A stretch of 64,000 bases of DNA from Chiloscyllium plagiosum (lineage: Eukaryota), in contig NC_057719.1 in the NCBI RefSeq assembly GCF_004010195.1, positions 71,812,055-71,876,054 of the forward strand. Direction: 5' to 3'. A program made the translations under genes and the position numbers. Of the stretch, positions 1 through 13,566 are shown piece after piece. The notes below the pieces were generated by a model that worked only from the letters and a program-made list of their open reading frames with translations, was not told the origin of the DNA and did no database searches. Position 1 is the first letter of the stretch. Each line of letters starts with the position of its first letter.

Positions 1-280
1 TTCAAGTCACTCACCATCCTGACTTGGAAATGTATCATCATTCCTTCACACTATTGTTAGTTTAAAAATTCTTGAACTCTCCACCTAACAGGACTGGTTG
101 GAGGGGTGGGGGACCGTGCATCATGAGGTCTGCAAGGGTTCCAAAAGGCAGCACCTTTACTGGAGAAATTAGGAAGTAGCAACAAATAACAAACATAGCC
201 TGCAACTCCCACATCCCATGAACGAATGACTGAATTAATTAATAACATAGTGACAGATGTGCCCAACTCACATCCCATGG
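1..280 (+). mobile_element. Old CR1 LINE 3' end fragment
   Basis: Similar to the 3' end of the CR1 copy at about 8940-9110 (aagccactcaacaacctgacttggaaatata...). Confidence 0.6.
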
Positions 281-1230
281 ATTAGTTCAGCACCACCCTG
301 ATGTCAGAAATTACTGAGAGAGAAGTCTCATTAACACTTAGACCTTCCTCCAGAGGGATTTCATTTTTCACTTCTTAACTTCTTCCAACATCTCTCTGAA
401 TTGGAGTGTCTGAAGACTTGCTCACCTCCCGGTGTATCTAACCTTCCAAATAGTGTTCTGACACTGACTCCTTGACTAATGTCCCACTCCGACTCTGCTC
501 CCCCGAAGCTTCGACGAGACCTATTTAGATGGAGCCTGCAAACAGCATCAATTCACTCTCTGGAGTCTCTTTCTGACTTCTTCTGTCAGTGATCATCTCT
601 CAGTGATCTCTGGTGTTCCATGAGATTACTCCTCCCCTCTTGGTACCTTTAGAGCTTCTTAGTTTGTTCGTATCCCTTGGGTGATGTCAGAACTACTGGT
701 TCCTTCTTATTACCATTGTCCCTCAGCACTCCTGGACAATGTCTCGAGGATGGAACACTTGGCCTGCAACTGGAAATCCCATTGAAGCCTGGATTGTAAG
801 TTTCACAACATGCATGAAGTGACAGATGCCATCCTATCCTTACCTGAAAATTTACACAGATCATCGATATCGTTACTTAACAATATACAATAACAATCAA
901 GGCCTGACTGCAGCCCCTTCTTAATGTAAAAGAGGTCTGTTCTTAAAAATAATTTTGTTTGCAGTTTATTTCAAAGCTGCCAAACAGCCTTTATGGTAAC
1001 GTTTGTGCCTGAACATCCAATGCCAAGAAGCAATGGGTTTATGCATAAGTCTTTATGTCACCAAGGAGGTATCTCAGAATCTCAGACCACTCACTGTAGC
1101 CGATGGAAATTGTAAAAGACTAATAAGAAAAGCACCCCAAATACTAGGGTTACAGCTTCAGCGAGTACAGCATTGATTCTGCTGGCTTCACACAATATTC
1201 ATCAAAATGACCTGGCAACAAAAAGCTGGT

Positions 1231-1417
1231 CAAAAGTGAGGACAGCAAATGCTGGAAACTAGAGTTTAGATCAATGTGGTGCTGGAAAAGCACAGCAGGT
1301 CAGGCAGCATCCGAGGAGCAGGAAAATCGATGTTTCGGGCTTTTGCCCAAAACATTGATTTTCCTGCTCCTCGGATGCTGCCTGACCTGCTGTGCTTTTC
1401 CAGCACCACTCTGATTA
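1231..1417. mobile_element. Palindromic Penelope-pLTR-derived insertion with a truncated hammerhead centre
   Basis: Long inverted repeat centred on gggcttttgccc (about 1337-1348). Flanked by a 14-bp direct repeat aacaaaaagctggt (1217-1230 and 1418-1431). Confidence 0.8.
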
Positions 1418-1589
1418 AACAAAAAGCTGGTGACTTGTGTGTAGTGCAAGGTGAATGCATTGCAATGCTTGAATCCACTTTCAAAGATTTTCAGTATAAA
1501 CCACGTAAAGCATTGTTTAAATCATGTAAAGCATTGAAACCATGGATGGAATTCTCCGCTCTACTCAGTGGCATGTAGAAGGTGGGAAA

Positions 1590-2110
1590 ATACAGGGAGA
1601 ATGAAAAACACCAGAAACTCCTAAGGGAATGACATGTATTGATATGCAAGGGGATCTTGGTATACAGGTCCACAGATCACTGAAGGTGGTAGCGCAGATA
1701 GATAATGTAGTAAAATAAGCCTATGGCATGTTTGCCTCCATCGGAAGGGACATTGAGTATAAGGATGGAGAAGTTATGCTGCAGCTTTATGGATCTTTAG
1801 TTAGGCCACACTGGAATATTGCATACAGTTCTGGTCACCACACCACCAGAAGGATAAGGATGCTTTGAAGCAGAAATAGAAAAGGTTTACCAGGATGTTG
1901 CCTAGTATGGAGGATTTTAGCTATGAAGAGAAATTGGATAGACTGGGTTTGTTTTCACTGGAACACAGGAGGTTGAGGGCCAATCCAATAGAAGTTTATA
2001 AGATTGCAAATGGCATGGATAGAGTAGGAAGTGTGAGGCTTTTTTCCTAGGGTGGAGGAGTCCATCACTAGGGACACAGGTTCAAGGTGCAAGGGGGAAA
2101 AGTTCAAAAG
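1590..2110 (+). mobile_element. CR1 LINE ORF2 3' fragment, decayed
   Basis: Resembles the CR1 segment seen in other copies (ttaggccacactggaatattg...ttctggtcacc...tttaccaggatgttgcc). Confidence 0.85.
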
Positions 2111-2947
2111 AGACTCCAGAATCTTATCATTGAGCAGAGATGACTTTACTTGCATGTAAGTACATCACATTAAAGCCTTAAATCACTTTATTTTTTAGCC
2201 ACTTCCAATTCTTCTCAAAAAACTACATGTGCAAACTAGACACTTGTTAAGTGTTTGTCCTAGACATCGGCCAACAGATACTTCACCACAACGGCACTGA
2301 ATAATCCATGGCCACCATCTTCCTCTATCTTTCACCCCGGAAATAGGGCATCAGCAAATCACCAACCTCATCACATTATCAATCCTGCTTTCCGAATAAC
2401 TCACGCATTACATCGGCTCTTCAACACTTCACTCAGGGACATGTATACTTTTAATGTGTCTATCAGGCTGCTTTGTACACAGGGACACAGGCACATGTCA
2501 TACATCTTTATAGGATGCACCTTATGGCTCTTAACTTCACTTGTTTGTGCACTATGCTTACTTGAGTGCTCCAGCCCGTGCTGACTTCACTTTGTTTCAT
2601 AACACATTCTCACAGACTTTGGCACTGATTAACAGACTATCAGCCTCTGCATGGTTTTTATTGGTTTCTTGTGCAGAGGCAGAGGCAGAGACAGAGGCAG
2701 GTAGCTATCACAGTGGGGAAAACTGAACAGTCAACAGGGAAGAAATGTCACTATGCTACATCAATGTCATTCCTAGAGTTTGTGCCAGCAGCTTACACAG
2801 TAAACAGACAGCAGGTGCTTTAAGTAAATGGTAAGTCAAAGGAGAGCAAAACTTAACGGGATGCAGGAGGACTACAGTCAGTTAGGAAGACTGCTGTAGT
2901 CAGTCAATGAGCTGGTTCAATATCAGTCCGGGAGGGTGGCCATAATC

Positions 2948-3250
2948 GAATTGAATTGAATTTGTTGTCACGTGTACCGAGGCACAGTGAAAAGCTTTGT
3001 CTTGCGAGCAATACAGGTAGATCACAGAGTTAATTAGCATAGATAAGTAAATAATAGGTAAACAGCAGCAAAAACAAAAACACAGTTACAGGCGAATGTT
3101 AAGAGTTTGTGAGTCCATTCAGTATTCTAACAACGGTAGGGTAGAAACTGTTTCAAAACTGGCTGATGTGTGTGTTCAGGCTTCTGTACCTTCTCCCCGA
3201 TGGTAGAGGTTGTAGAAAAGCATTGCCAGGGTGGGATGGATTTTTGAGAT
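2948..3250 (-). mobile_element. Rex1/Babar-like LINE 3' end
   Basis: Minus-strand translation NPSHPGNAFLQPLPSGRRYRSL matches the typical Rex/Babar C-terminus. Short (TTCAA)n tail at about 2948-2962. Confidence 0.75.
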
Positions 3251-3609
3251 CTCTCATGTACTTGGTCCTACAAGCATCTGGGGTGGGGGGGTGGGGGTTG
3301 TGTCCTTGCAATCTGAAATTGGGCACAGTGAAGAAAATCAAGTGTAACAAGTGTAGGGATTACAGGAATGTCAATCAGGATAGTGTGGAGAGATCATTCT
3401 GGTGGGGTGAGCCAACTTTCCCCGCGATGAGTTAAAGGGAGGAATGAGTATGGTGGAAGTGGATATAAGAACAATTAATGATGATGAGTGCAAGAGGTGC
3501 TGAGGTGTCCCCAGTGAGTGAGCATGAAGCATCGAGAGTGGGAGACTTTGTGGTCTGCAAGGATAAGGTGGGTAAGAGCTATTGAATGGACATGATGCAT
3601 GCAAGTAAG

Positions 3610-6075
3610 TTTTTTTTTCCTTTGTTCATTGGATATGGGTGTCGCAGGCCAGGCCAGAGTTTATTATCCATTCTTATTGGGAGGAGAAGTCCAGGATCTT
3701 ACCTAATGACAAAAAGGAATGGTGATATAGTTTCAAGACAAAATTGTATCTGGCTAAGGGGAACGTACAGGTGGTAATATTTCCAGGCATCTGCTGGCCT
3801 GGTCCATTCAGATGGTACAGATTGTGGGTTTTGAGGGTGCTGTCAGAGGAACCTGGGTGAGGTATTATAGTGCATCTTGTAGATATTACTGTCACTGCAC
3901 ATCAATGGAGAAGGGAGTCAATGTTGAAGGTTGTCAAAGGAGTGTCAATTTAGCAAGCTGTTTTGTCCTAGATGGTGTCAAACTTTCTGAGTCTTAATCA
4001 GCCAGGCAAGTGGGGAGTATTCTGTCACACTCCTGACTTGCTTTTTTAGATGAGAGACAGGGTTTATAGAGGCAACAGATCAACACTCACTCCAGGATTC
4101 CTAGCTTCTGACCAGCCCTTTTCGCCATTGTATTTATATGGTGAATCCAGTTGAGTTTCTGGTCAATGGTACCCCCCAAGATGTTGACATTAGGGGATTC
4201 AGCATTGATGTTGCCATTGACCATCAAGTGATGATGGTTAGACTCTCTCTTGTTCAAGATGATCATTGTCTGGCATTTGTCACACTAATATTACTTGCCA
4301 CTTATCAACCTAAGTTTCAACATTATCTATGGCCTGCTGCATTGCTTCAGGATCTGATGAAATGCGAATGGTACTGAACACTATACAACCACCAGTGAAC
4401 ATCCCATTTTTGATCTCATTAAGAGGCAGATCATTGAAGCAACTGAGGATGGCAGGATCAAAGACACTATCCTGAGGAACTCCTGAAGTGATATCCTGGG
4501 GCTGAGATGACTGACCTGCAATAAGTACCTTCCTTTATGACTCAAACCAGTAGAACACTTTTCCCAATTCCCACTGACTTTGGTTTTACTAAGGTTCACT
4601 GAAGCTGCACTTAGTCAAATGCTGCTTTGATATCAAGGGCTGTCATGCTCACCACCTGTGCAGTTCAGCTCTCTTGTGCATGTTTGAAACAAACCTTTGA
4701 TGAGGTCAAGAGCAGAGTAGCTTTGGCAGAACTCAAACTGAGCATCAATGAACAAGTTAGTGCTGAGCAGGTACTGTCATTGAACCCTTGCATCAATTTG
4801 CTGATGTTGAAGAGTAGACTGACAGCATGGTAATTGACTGGTTGGATTTGGCCTGCTCTTTCTGCACATACCCAGCCAGCTTTCTACATGGGCGGATAGG
4901 TGATAGTGGCATAGTTGTACTGGAACGGATTACCTTGGGATACAGCTGGTTCTGGAACACAAATCTTCAATATTATTTGTTGAATATGGTCAGGGCTCAA
5001 AACCTTCACAGTATCCAGTGCCACTAAGCTATTTCTTGATATCATATGGAGTGAATCAAATTGGTGAAGACTGGCACCTGAGAGGCTGCACTCCTCAGGA
5101 GGAACAAAATAGGATTGTTGACTCAGCACTACTGGCTGAAGTAGCTGCAAACCCTTCAGCCTTTTTGCTGGGATCCTCAATGTTGATATCAGGGATATTT
5201 GTGGAACTTCATCCTCCAGCTAGTTGTTTATTAGTCCACACCACCTTGACAGGAAGTGGCAGAACTGCAGAGTTAAATCAGATTTGCTAGTTACAATATT
5301 ACTTAGCACTATTTCATGATGCTTATGCTGTTTGGCAGACAAGCAGTCCTGTGTTGGAGCTTCTCTGGGTTCAGGTATGCCTGGTGCTGCTTCTGACAAA
5401 CTTCCTGCATTCTTCCATGAATAAGTGTTGGTCTCCCAGCTTGATGGCCATTGTTGAGTATGCAAGGCCGTGGGGTTACACATTGTGGGTTGAATACAAT
5501 TCTACAACTGATGGTCCACTGTGCCTCATGGATGCCTAGTTTCGAGTTGTTGGATCTGTTTGAAGTCTATACCATTTAGTACAATATTAGTGCCCCGATG
5601 GTATCTCAGTGTGATGGTGGGACTTTGACCACAATGACCATGAGGATGTCACTCCTACCAATATTAACATGGGCAGATACATCTATGATAGGTGTATTGG
5701 TGAGGATAAAGTTTTAAGTACATTTTTCCCTCTTATTAATTCTCTCACCATCTGTCTCAGAGTTCTTTAGAACTTAGACTGCTCAGTCAGTGGCTTCTAA
5801 CTGAGCCACTCTTGGTGATGGGCATTGAAGCTCCTACCCAGAGTACACTCTTAGACCTAGCCACCGTCAGTGCTTCCTCCAAATGGTGTTCAACACAGAG
5901 GAGCACTAATTCATCAGTTGAGATGGTTGTGTGGGAAGTGTGCCATAGTAAGGAGTTTCCTTGTCCATGTTCAAACTAATGCCATGAGACATCATGGGGT
6001 CCAGAGTCAATGTTGAGGACTCCCAGACAATGCTCTCCTTACTGTGCTGCTACCATTTCTCAGTCTGTCCTGCTT
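3610..6075 (-). mobile_element. Old CR1 LINE, ORF2 (endonuclease-RT) remnant
   Basis: Reverse-complement similarity to the + copy at 7810-9120. Fragmented RT-like peptides and a poly-T tail at about 3610. Confidence 0.8.
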
Positions 6076-6559
6076 GTGGGACAGGACATATCTAGGAATG
6101 TTAATGGGAATGGGAAATTATCTGTAAATCTTGTAGCTATCTGTTTCTGGAAGTATGAACATGTCAAATGCCCAACTCACGTTTTAAATATATATCTGAA
6201 TTCTGATCCCCTTTTAATGTGAGCTTCAGTCTTGCAAAGATTGCTCCCACAATTAAGAATAGCTAATTAATTGTTGCCGAGATAATGAAAAAATACTGTA
6301 TTTAGAACATAAGGTAAATAACTGCTTTAGCATTTAATTTTTTTTAACTTATGGAATAGACTGCCACCTACTGCACTCTATGGTGACTTGCTAAATTATT
6401 CAAAAAAACAGCAGAAATATAGCTCAAATGCAATTAAATATAGCTACGTTGGGAGCTAGGAATAATCACAGTGGGATCTGAATACGGATCAAATTGACAG
6501 TGCAAGGTGAATTGAACAAATTAATTTTTGTTGCTTTTTCCTCTTTTTAGGTTATGACC

Positions 6560-7190
6560 AAAGGCAAATCATTTCTAGACAAAGCTTGCTATGATTTTGA
6601 TTTTGATGCAAATTATCCTCGAGGCACCTCGTAATTGTAAAATTATATTGTTTCCATCAACTGCTAATCCTGTATGCGTGTATTCAGGACCAAGGTAGGC
6701 AAAAGCCTCCAAAGCATCCTGCTTGAACATTGTTAAGAAATTGTTTTCAAATATCACTGTGTATACTTGAACTATAGTGTGTGAGTTAATGCAGACTCCT
6801 GACTTGAACCTCTCTTAATCTGAAGAGCAAGGTAAGTATAGGGGAGCACTTTTCATTCAAAGTACTCTCCAATTTTGTGGAGTTAAATCATATACTCAGT
6901 GAAGTTTTGCCTGACATTTTAAGTAAAAATTCTGATGTTGCTCTAGTGAAGCAATTGATGCAAAGCTTCTTCGTGCATCTCCAAATGGTTTCAGCAGTGT
7001 TCATTGAAGCTGAGAGGAACTATGCTGTCAGTTCAGAAATCAAGAGTGCCAGAGGAGGGATCAGAAAGGTTTATAATCTCTAGCTTTGCTACTGAAATGC
7101 ATTTATACAGCGCTACATACTCCATCTCTTTCTGTGCTCATGATAATCATATTTCACATATAGCGATCATACAATATAGAGAACACACTC
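6560..7190 (-). pseudogene. Candidate decayed cadherin-repeat exon
   Basis: Mixed-frame minus translations: RDYKPF, LLISELTA, DPSSGTLDF, TIVQVYTVIFENNFLTMFKQDALEAF, LAVDG. Stops and frameshifts present. Confidence 0.4.
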
Positions 7191-7809
7191 TAAATTGACC
7201 CAGACAATGGGAACTTCTGTTTATATCCCCTAGTCAAGCCCAAATCTCTTGCCAGCTCTTTTTTTGTGGCCTTTAGTACCTTTTCCCATGATTACCTTAA
7301 AAATACTATCAATATAGATCCCCAACAAGTCCAATACTGTGAGGCCACAACTAAGGTCCATAAACAAAGTCATCACTAGAATATCTAATAGGAAATTCAA
7401 GAGGAACTGAATGTGTGATTATCTGTGATTTTAAAAAAATCTTCATATGGTAGTTTAACATTCTTTTTAAAATGTCACTAACCTTTAAATTTGTAAAGGA
7501 ATTGGCACTATACTTTATTCCTCATTTCTCCATGTGTCATTGCAGAAGCAGACATTGAAAAAAGATATTTCGTCTGATGTGAGCTAATGGCAACCACATT
7601 ACTAAAGTGTGCACCTCTCTGAGTTGACTAAGGTGATTAATATCTCAACTGTTAGAATGAAACTAAAGGCAGAATGTGGCCATTAGATTGAAGTGGGGCT
7701 CCATACTCCAATGATCTGCTTGTGCTCACATTACATATTTTTGTACCCTTATAAAACATGCAACTGGTCAGTTTAGTTCAGCCTATAAAATATTCCAACT
7801 TACATTGAA

Positions 7810-9120
7810 CACAAGGTAACATCAGCAGTGCTATCAAGCAGTATCAGCTTAGCAGTAACCTGCTCAGTGACACCCAGTTTGGGTTCTGCCAAGGCCACTC
7901 AGCTCCTGACCTCAGTACAGCATTGGTCCAACCAAGGAGAAAAGAGCTGAATTCCAGAGGTGAGGTGAGAGTGAAAGCCCTTGACAACAAGGCTGCATTT
8001 GACCAAGTGTAGCATTAAGGAACCCTAACAAAACTGGAATCAATGGATATCGGGGGTTGTGGTGGGTAACTCTCACCCAATTGGTGTCATACTTGGCGCA
8101 CAGGAAGATGGTTGTGGTTGTTGGAGGTCAGTCATCCTACCTCAAGGACATCTCTGCAGGAGTTCGTCAGAGTTGTGGCCTAGGTCCAAACATTTTCAGC
8201 TGCTTCATCAATGATCTTCCCTCCATTATAAGGTCAGAAGTGGAGATGTTCGCCAATGATTGCATAATGTTCAACACCATTCACAACTCCTCACACACTG
8301 AAGCAGTCCATGTTCCAATGAAATACATTCTGGACAATATCCATGTGTGGGCTGATAAGTCGCATGTAACATTTGTATCATATAAATGTCAGGCTATATG
8401 ACCCAACACAGGAGACAATCTAACCACTATACCTTGACATTCTATGGTGTTACCATCACTGAATCTCCAACTATCAACATTCGGGGGTCACCAGTGAACT
8501 GAAACCCACTGGACTTGTTATATAAATAGTGACTAGGACAAAGTGGGGACTGCAGATGTGACTACAAGAGTAAGTCAGAGGCTAGGAATACTGTGGCAAG
8601 TAACTCACCTCCAGATTCTCTTAAGCCTGTCCACCATCTACAAGGCACAAGTCAGGAATGTGATGGAATACTCCCCTCTTGCCTGAATAGCTGCAGTTCC
8701 AACAATACTCAGGACATTTGACCTCATTCACGACAAAGCAGCCTACTCTGACTGCACCACATTCACATTGGCACCATCCCCTCCATCATTGAGACTCGGT
8801 AGCAGCAGTGTGTACAATCTGCAAGATGCACTGTAGAAATTCGCCAAAGATTCTTAGCAGCATTTTTCAACCCGTGACCACTTCCACTTTGAAGGACAAG
8901 TGCAGCAGATATATGGGAACTCACAGCTGGTAGTGTTCCCTTGAAGCCACTCAACAACCTGACTTGGAAATATACTGCCATTCCTTCGCTGTCAGTGGGT
9001 CAAAATACTGGAATTCCCTTTCCAAGGGCATTGTTGGTCTACCTACAGCACATGGACTGTCCTCTAAAGGACAACTAGGGTCTGCCAATAAACTCTGGCC
9101 AGCAAGCGACTCCTTGTAAA
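7810..9120 (+). mobile_element. Old CR1 LINE RT and 3' UTR
   Basis: ORF 8057-8401 SAGVRQSCGLGPNIFSCFINDL...MFAND corresponds to the degenerate GVPQGSVLGP and FADD RT motifs. Confidence 0.9.
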
Positions 9121-10059
9121 TATAAAAGAAATATAGATTATTAATTTACATTGCAATATATTTATCTTATGTAAATCAGTTGGACGTACATTTCAGAAGA
9201 CTTTCTTCTCTTGATAAAAAGTGGGTATAAATATGGGATGAATATCCACTGTTTTGCTATATTTTCTATGAATGAGTATCTGAATTTACTCTAGAAGAGG
9301 TGAAATCCTGCAGCTGAAATCCAGTCCAGTTGATCATGGGTTAAATCATTCTCCTCAATCAATTGGAATTATATACTAAGATCCCTCTTTTCACATACTA
9401 CTTAAGACATTTTACATTTCACCATTTTGCCATCTGCTATGTGCCATACTGTACCCAATGGTGGAGCTGCCAGCAGTGCTCTGGCAATGCCCCTTCTGTT
9501 TAGTCGCTGGAGGTTAGTTGGGAGTGGGCCAAGTGTTCCTCCATGGAAACAAGGAGGGAATTGCTGATTTCAGAAGTGCAGCATGTAACAACTTAAGGGG
9601 ACACAAGCTTGTTTTGTGGCTTAGTGACATTTTAAATGGTCTTAATTTTATACATTAAAAATATAATTAAACAAAGAAATAATAAAATAATTTTAGTATT
9701 CCTCTCATAAAAGGTAGGAAATTGATTCTAATTTCAGTAATACATTAATAGCTAATTAAACATTTGTTACACAGGCTTTTTTTCCACTGTTAACATGGGG
9801 GAGATTGATAACATGATTGCATTTCTAGCTGGTACAAAGCAATAGTTTAAATATTAAGGGGGAAGTGGATGGATGCCCAGTGTCATAAGCAAATACACAC
9901 AGAAGAAACTGAATCAAAAAGACATTGATAGTACACTGTGTGCATTAAAATTCTGAAATGAATGCGGTATTTGATTCCATTTTCAACAACATCATTAGTA
10001 ATCTATGTAGAATGTTTCAAGCAAAATTTGTAAAGTGGAGCTGCATTCAAAGTATTGAC

Positions 10060-10272
10060 CCTCAGGGAAAATCAAATGCTTTGGTAAAAGAATAACCCCA
10101 ACAAATTTTCATTTTCAAACACTAGATGGTACTGGAGGCGTCTTGTCAGAGTAGATGCATCTTCTTCCCAAAAGCTCAAACTGATAATAATATGTGGTCC
10201 CATTGAAGATGAAAATGAAGCTTCAACACTAATTCATTGTCCCAGTGTGTGTACAATAGTTACTTGAAAATG
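10060..10272 (-). pseudogene. Weak candidate cadherin-like exon remnant
   Basis: Strong minus-strand acceptor (cttcttctctctttag), then HFQVTIV...EEDASTLTRRLQYHLVFENENLLGYSFTKAFDF with one in-frame stop. Confidence 0.25.
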
Positions 10273-11444
10273 CTAAAGAGAGAAGAAGCTGTAATTACAC
10301 AGGTAGCACAACTGTGACTGTACATTAAATGTGAGGAAAATATTATAAAGGCAGGTCAAGATGCAGTTAATTGGTTTTGATGCATACACATTAAAGAACA
10401 CTGTATACAAAGAAATGTCATGAAGAAAACCTGAAGTAGATAATAGCGCAGTACCTATTTAATTATTTAGTCAACAATGTAAACAACTTTAATTAGAAAC
10501 AAAATAACAGCTAGGGACAGTGGAGCAGTTTATTAAGAGAAGCCTAGCTTAGGAAATGACACAATAATGCCTTTTATAGATTAGTCATATTTTTCTACTA
10601 TGAAGCCAAAGAAAATGGCACAATCCAGTAATTGCTAAGCAAGTGATATTGAGACTATCCAACTTGCAAAGCATTGGGCGGAATTCCAACTAGTGCCACC
10701 TACTGTTCATTATTTTTGAAACTGCATTTTTCATGTTTGCATGTACATGTTTAGCAGAGAGAGAGGTCCATGAATTGTAGCAGAGCATACACAGTCAGAT
10801 TAATTACACCCTTCTTAATAACAGTAGTCCTATTACTGTCTCACTATTTGTCATTGGGTATTTTAGTCACTGGAAACTGAGGTGAGGACATAAACATTTG
10901 CCTCATGCAAGACTTCATAAAAATGTTTTGCTTTCCACAATAGATTTAAAACAATAGTTTTAAATGGAGAAATTGAATGGTCTTCTGGAAACAATTAGCT
11001 AGATTCATCAACTGAATGAAACTAAGACAAGTCAGACAAGAAAAAAATATCATTTTTGTTCATAGTTACATAAACCAGATCCTAACCACTGTGCACAGTG
11101 CAGAAATGATAAAATATCTCAATCATGTACTTTTAATGAATAACTTCTAAACATTTGGAAAATTTTTCATATTTGTGGTTAAGATAATTTCAGGTTAAGC
11201 TTATTTTGTATGCACACTGCCCCATAGTTGATTAAATGCGTTGGTGTACACAGCGGGAGAGAAATGAGAGAATGTTACTTCCTAACCAAACAGATTTGCA
11301 ACACCAAAAGGAGGCAGCAATACATTAGCTACACACATACGTTACATGGTGAAAGTTATGGCTTAAATATGCTGCTAAATTTGTATGAAACTGAGCAACA
11401 ATAACTCCAAATTATCCTTGACCATGTCAAATAAATTATCAAAA

Positions 11445-11845
11445 AGAACTTGGATTAATATAGCACCTTTCATAACTCAAGAGCTCAAAAGTCCTTTACA
11501 GCCAATAAAATACCTTTGTAGTCAATAGTGTAAAGTAAGAAACACAGCAACTTTAGTCTGAGTGCAGGAAAACCTCTCAAAAAGTGATGAGGTGATGAAC
11601 AAATAGTTTATTCTGGCAACATTGGTTGAAGAATAAAGATTGACCAGGATTTTTCAAAATAGTGCATTGTGATATTTCACATGCATCGAAGAGGGCAAAA
11701 GGATTTATTGTCTCATCTGAAAAATGGCAGCTGGAGAAACAGATTAGAACTATACTATACAACTACCCCGAATGATGTGCCCAAGTTCCTACTGATCTGA
11801 AACCAGAGTCATCTGACTCAAATAAAAAAAACTATCTTCACTGAG
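11445..11845 (-). mobile_element. Ancient Deu-domain SINE (SacSINE1-like) relic
   Basis: tttcaaaatagtgcattgtgatatttcacatgcatcgaagagggc...gtctcatctgaaaaatggcagct resembles the reverse Deu domain. Confidence 0.55.
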
Positions 11846-12901
11846 TCATAAAGTGATAGAGATGTACAACATGGAAACAGACCCTTCATCCAACTCAACC
11901 ATGTCAACCAAATATCCTAACCTAATCTAGTCCCATTTGCCAGCACTTAGCCCATATCTCTCTAAACCCTTCCTATTCATATATCCATCCAGCTGCCTTT
12001 TAAATGCTGTAATTGTACCAGCCTCCACCACTTCATCTCGCAGCTCAGTTCATACACGTACCACTCTCTGCATGAAAAAGCTGCCCTTTACCTCTATTTT
12101 ATATCTTTCCCTTTCACTTTAAACCAATGCCCTCTAGTTCTGGATTCGACAAGCCCAGGGATAAGGCCTTGTCTAACTACCCTATCCATGCCCCTCATGA
12201 TTTTATAAACCCCTATAAGGTTACTCCTCAGCCTCGGATACTCCAGGGAAAAGAGTCCCAGCCTATTCAGCCTCTCCCTATAGCTTAAATTCTCCAAGCC
12301 TGGCAACATCCTTTCAAGTTTCACAAAAACCTTCCATTAGGAAGGAGACCAGAATTGCATGCAATATTCCAACAGTGGCCTAACTAATGTCATATACAGC
12401 CGCAACATTTCCGCCCAGCTCCTCTAATCAATGCTCATAACAAATGCCTACTTCACTATCCTATCTACCTGTGACTCTACTTTCAAGGAACTATAAACCT
12501 GCATTCCAAGGTCTGTTTGTTCAGAAACACTCCCCAGGATCTTATCATTAAGTCCTGCTCTGATTTGCTTTTCCAAAATGCAGCACCTCGCATTTATCTG
12601 ATTTAAACTCCATCTACCACTCCTCAGCCCAAGGGCCCATCTGATCAAGATCCCATTGTATTCTAAGGTAACCTTCTTTGCTGTCCACTACACCTCCAAT
12701 TTTATGTCATCTGCAAACTTACTAACTATACCTCCTATATTCACATCCAAATCGTTCATGTAATGATGAAAAGTCATAGACCCAGGTCACAGGTCTACTG
12801 TCTGAAAAGCAACCCTCCACCACCTCCCACTGTCTTCTACCTTCGAGCCAGTTCTGTATCCAAATGGCTAATTCTCCCTGTATTCCATGTAATCTAACCT
12901 T
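11844..12901 (-). mobile_element. HER1-type CR1 LINE, 3' part (host of the LTR, ERV and Penelope insertions)
   Basis: ORFs RMLPGLENLSYRERLNRLGLFSLE and ESRTRGH, plus the ctatgact-type tail. The element continues at 20851. Confidence 0.92.
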
Positions 12902-13566
12902 TGATGTGAGAGTGTAGGTGTGTACTGTACCTTTAAGAGAGAGAGGAAGCTAGCAATGACTGACAGGAAGCACAGAGTGTGTTGAACAATTTAAAAATGT
13001 AACACTTGTTTGAAGCAAATAGCTGGTGTTGTGTTGCCTTGGAACAAAAACAAATTCAAATTTGGCCAACCAGTTTAAATTATGCCCCAGAGACCAAAAT
13101 CCAATCGAATTTGAATTTAAGGTTTTGATCACATCAAACCAATGAAAAGATCTGATGACTTGGGGTATAAAACTGGACATTTTGAACACTTAGGGGTTGA
13201 ACTGCCAGGAATATCAACAAGTATACAGTGCTAGCTGAAGAACTCTCTGAAAGGTAACTGTCCATGAGAAATTTGCGCAGCAGAACCCCAAAGCTGACCT
13301 AGAGAAAAATCGACAGAGCAAAATCTACAAAGGAGAATCAACAAAGCTGACTGGTTTTGAAATGTGGTTTTTTTTGTAAGTCTTAATTGGGTTTTCTTAT
13401 CAGACCAGTATTGTAGAGTCGGAGTTAAAAGATAGGTTGAAGAGAACAGAGTTGTAAATAGTTGTTTAATGCTTGCTTTTGGACTTAAAGAATAAAATTG
13501 TTAATTTTTACTTTACGTACTGACCTCTGGAGTAGTTCTTTACCTCTTGAATTTAACAGATTATGG
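12902..13566 (+). mobile_element. LTR-like segment (probably Gypsy-type) interrupted by the ERV
   Basis: Begins with TG exactly where CR1 homology stops. CCAAT boxes, TATA-like gtataaaa (about 13165) and aataaa (about 13491). No 3' end is seen. Confidence 0.5.

Noticed and set aside
1231..1417. Palindromes as DNA-transposon MITEs or miRNA genes
   Set aside because: Unequal arms, 14-15 bp TSDs and hammerhead cores point to Penelope-type retroposition.
2264..2443. Open plus-strand frame of about 60 codons with retained CpGs
   Set aside because: No recognisable homology and weak splice signals.
6551..6830. Plus-strand exon (strong ttttag acceptor, gtaggc and gtaagt donors)
   Set aside because: The frame closes after 27 codons with no recognisable product, and there is no transcript evidence. 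A lncRNA exon cannot be excluded.
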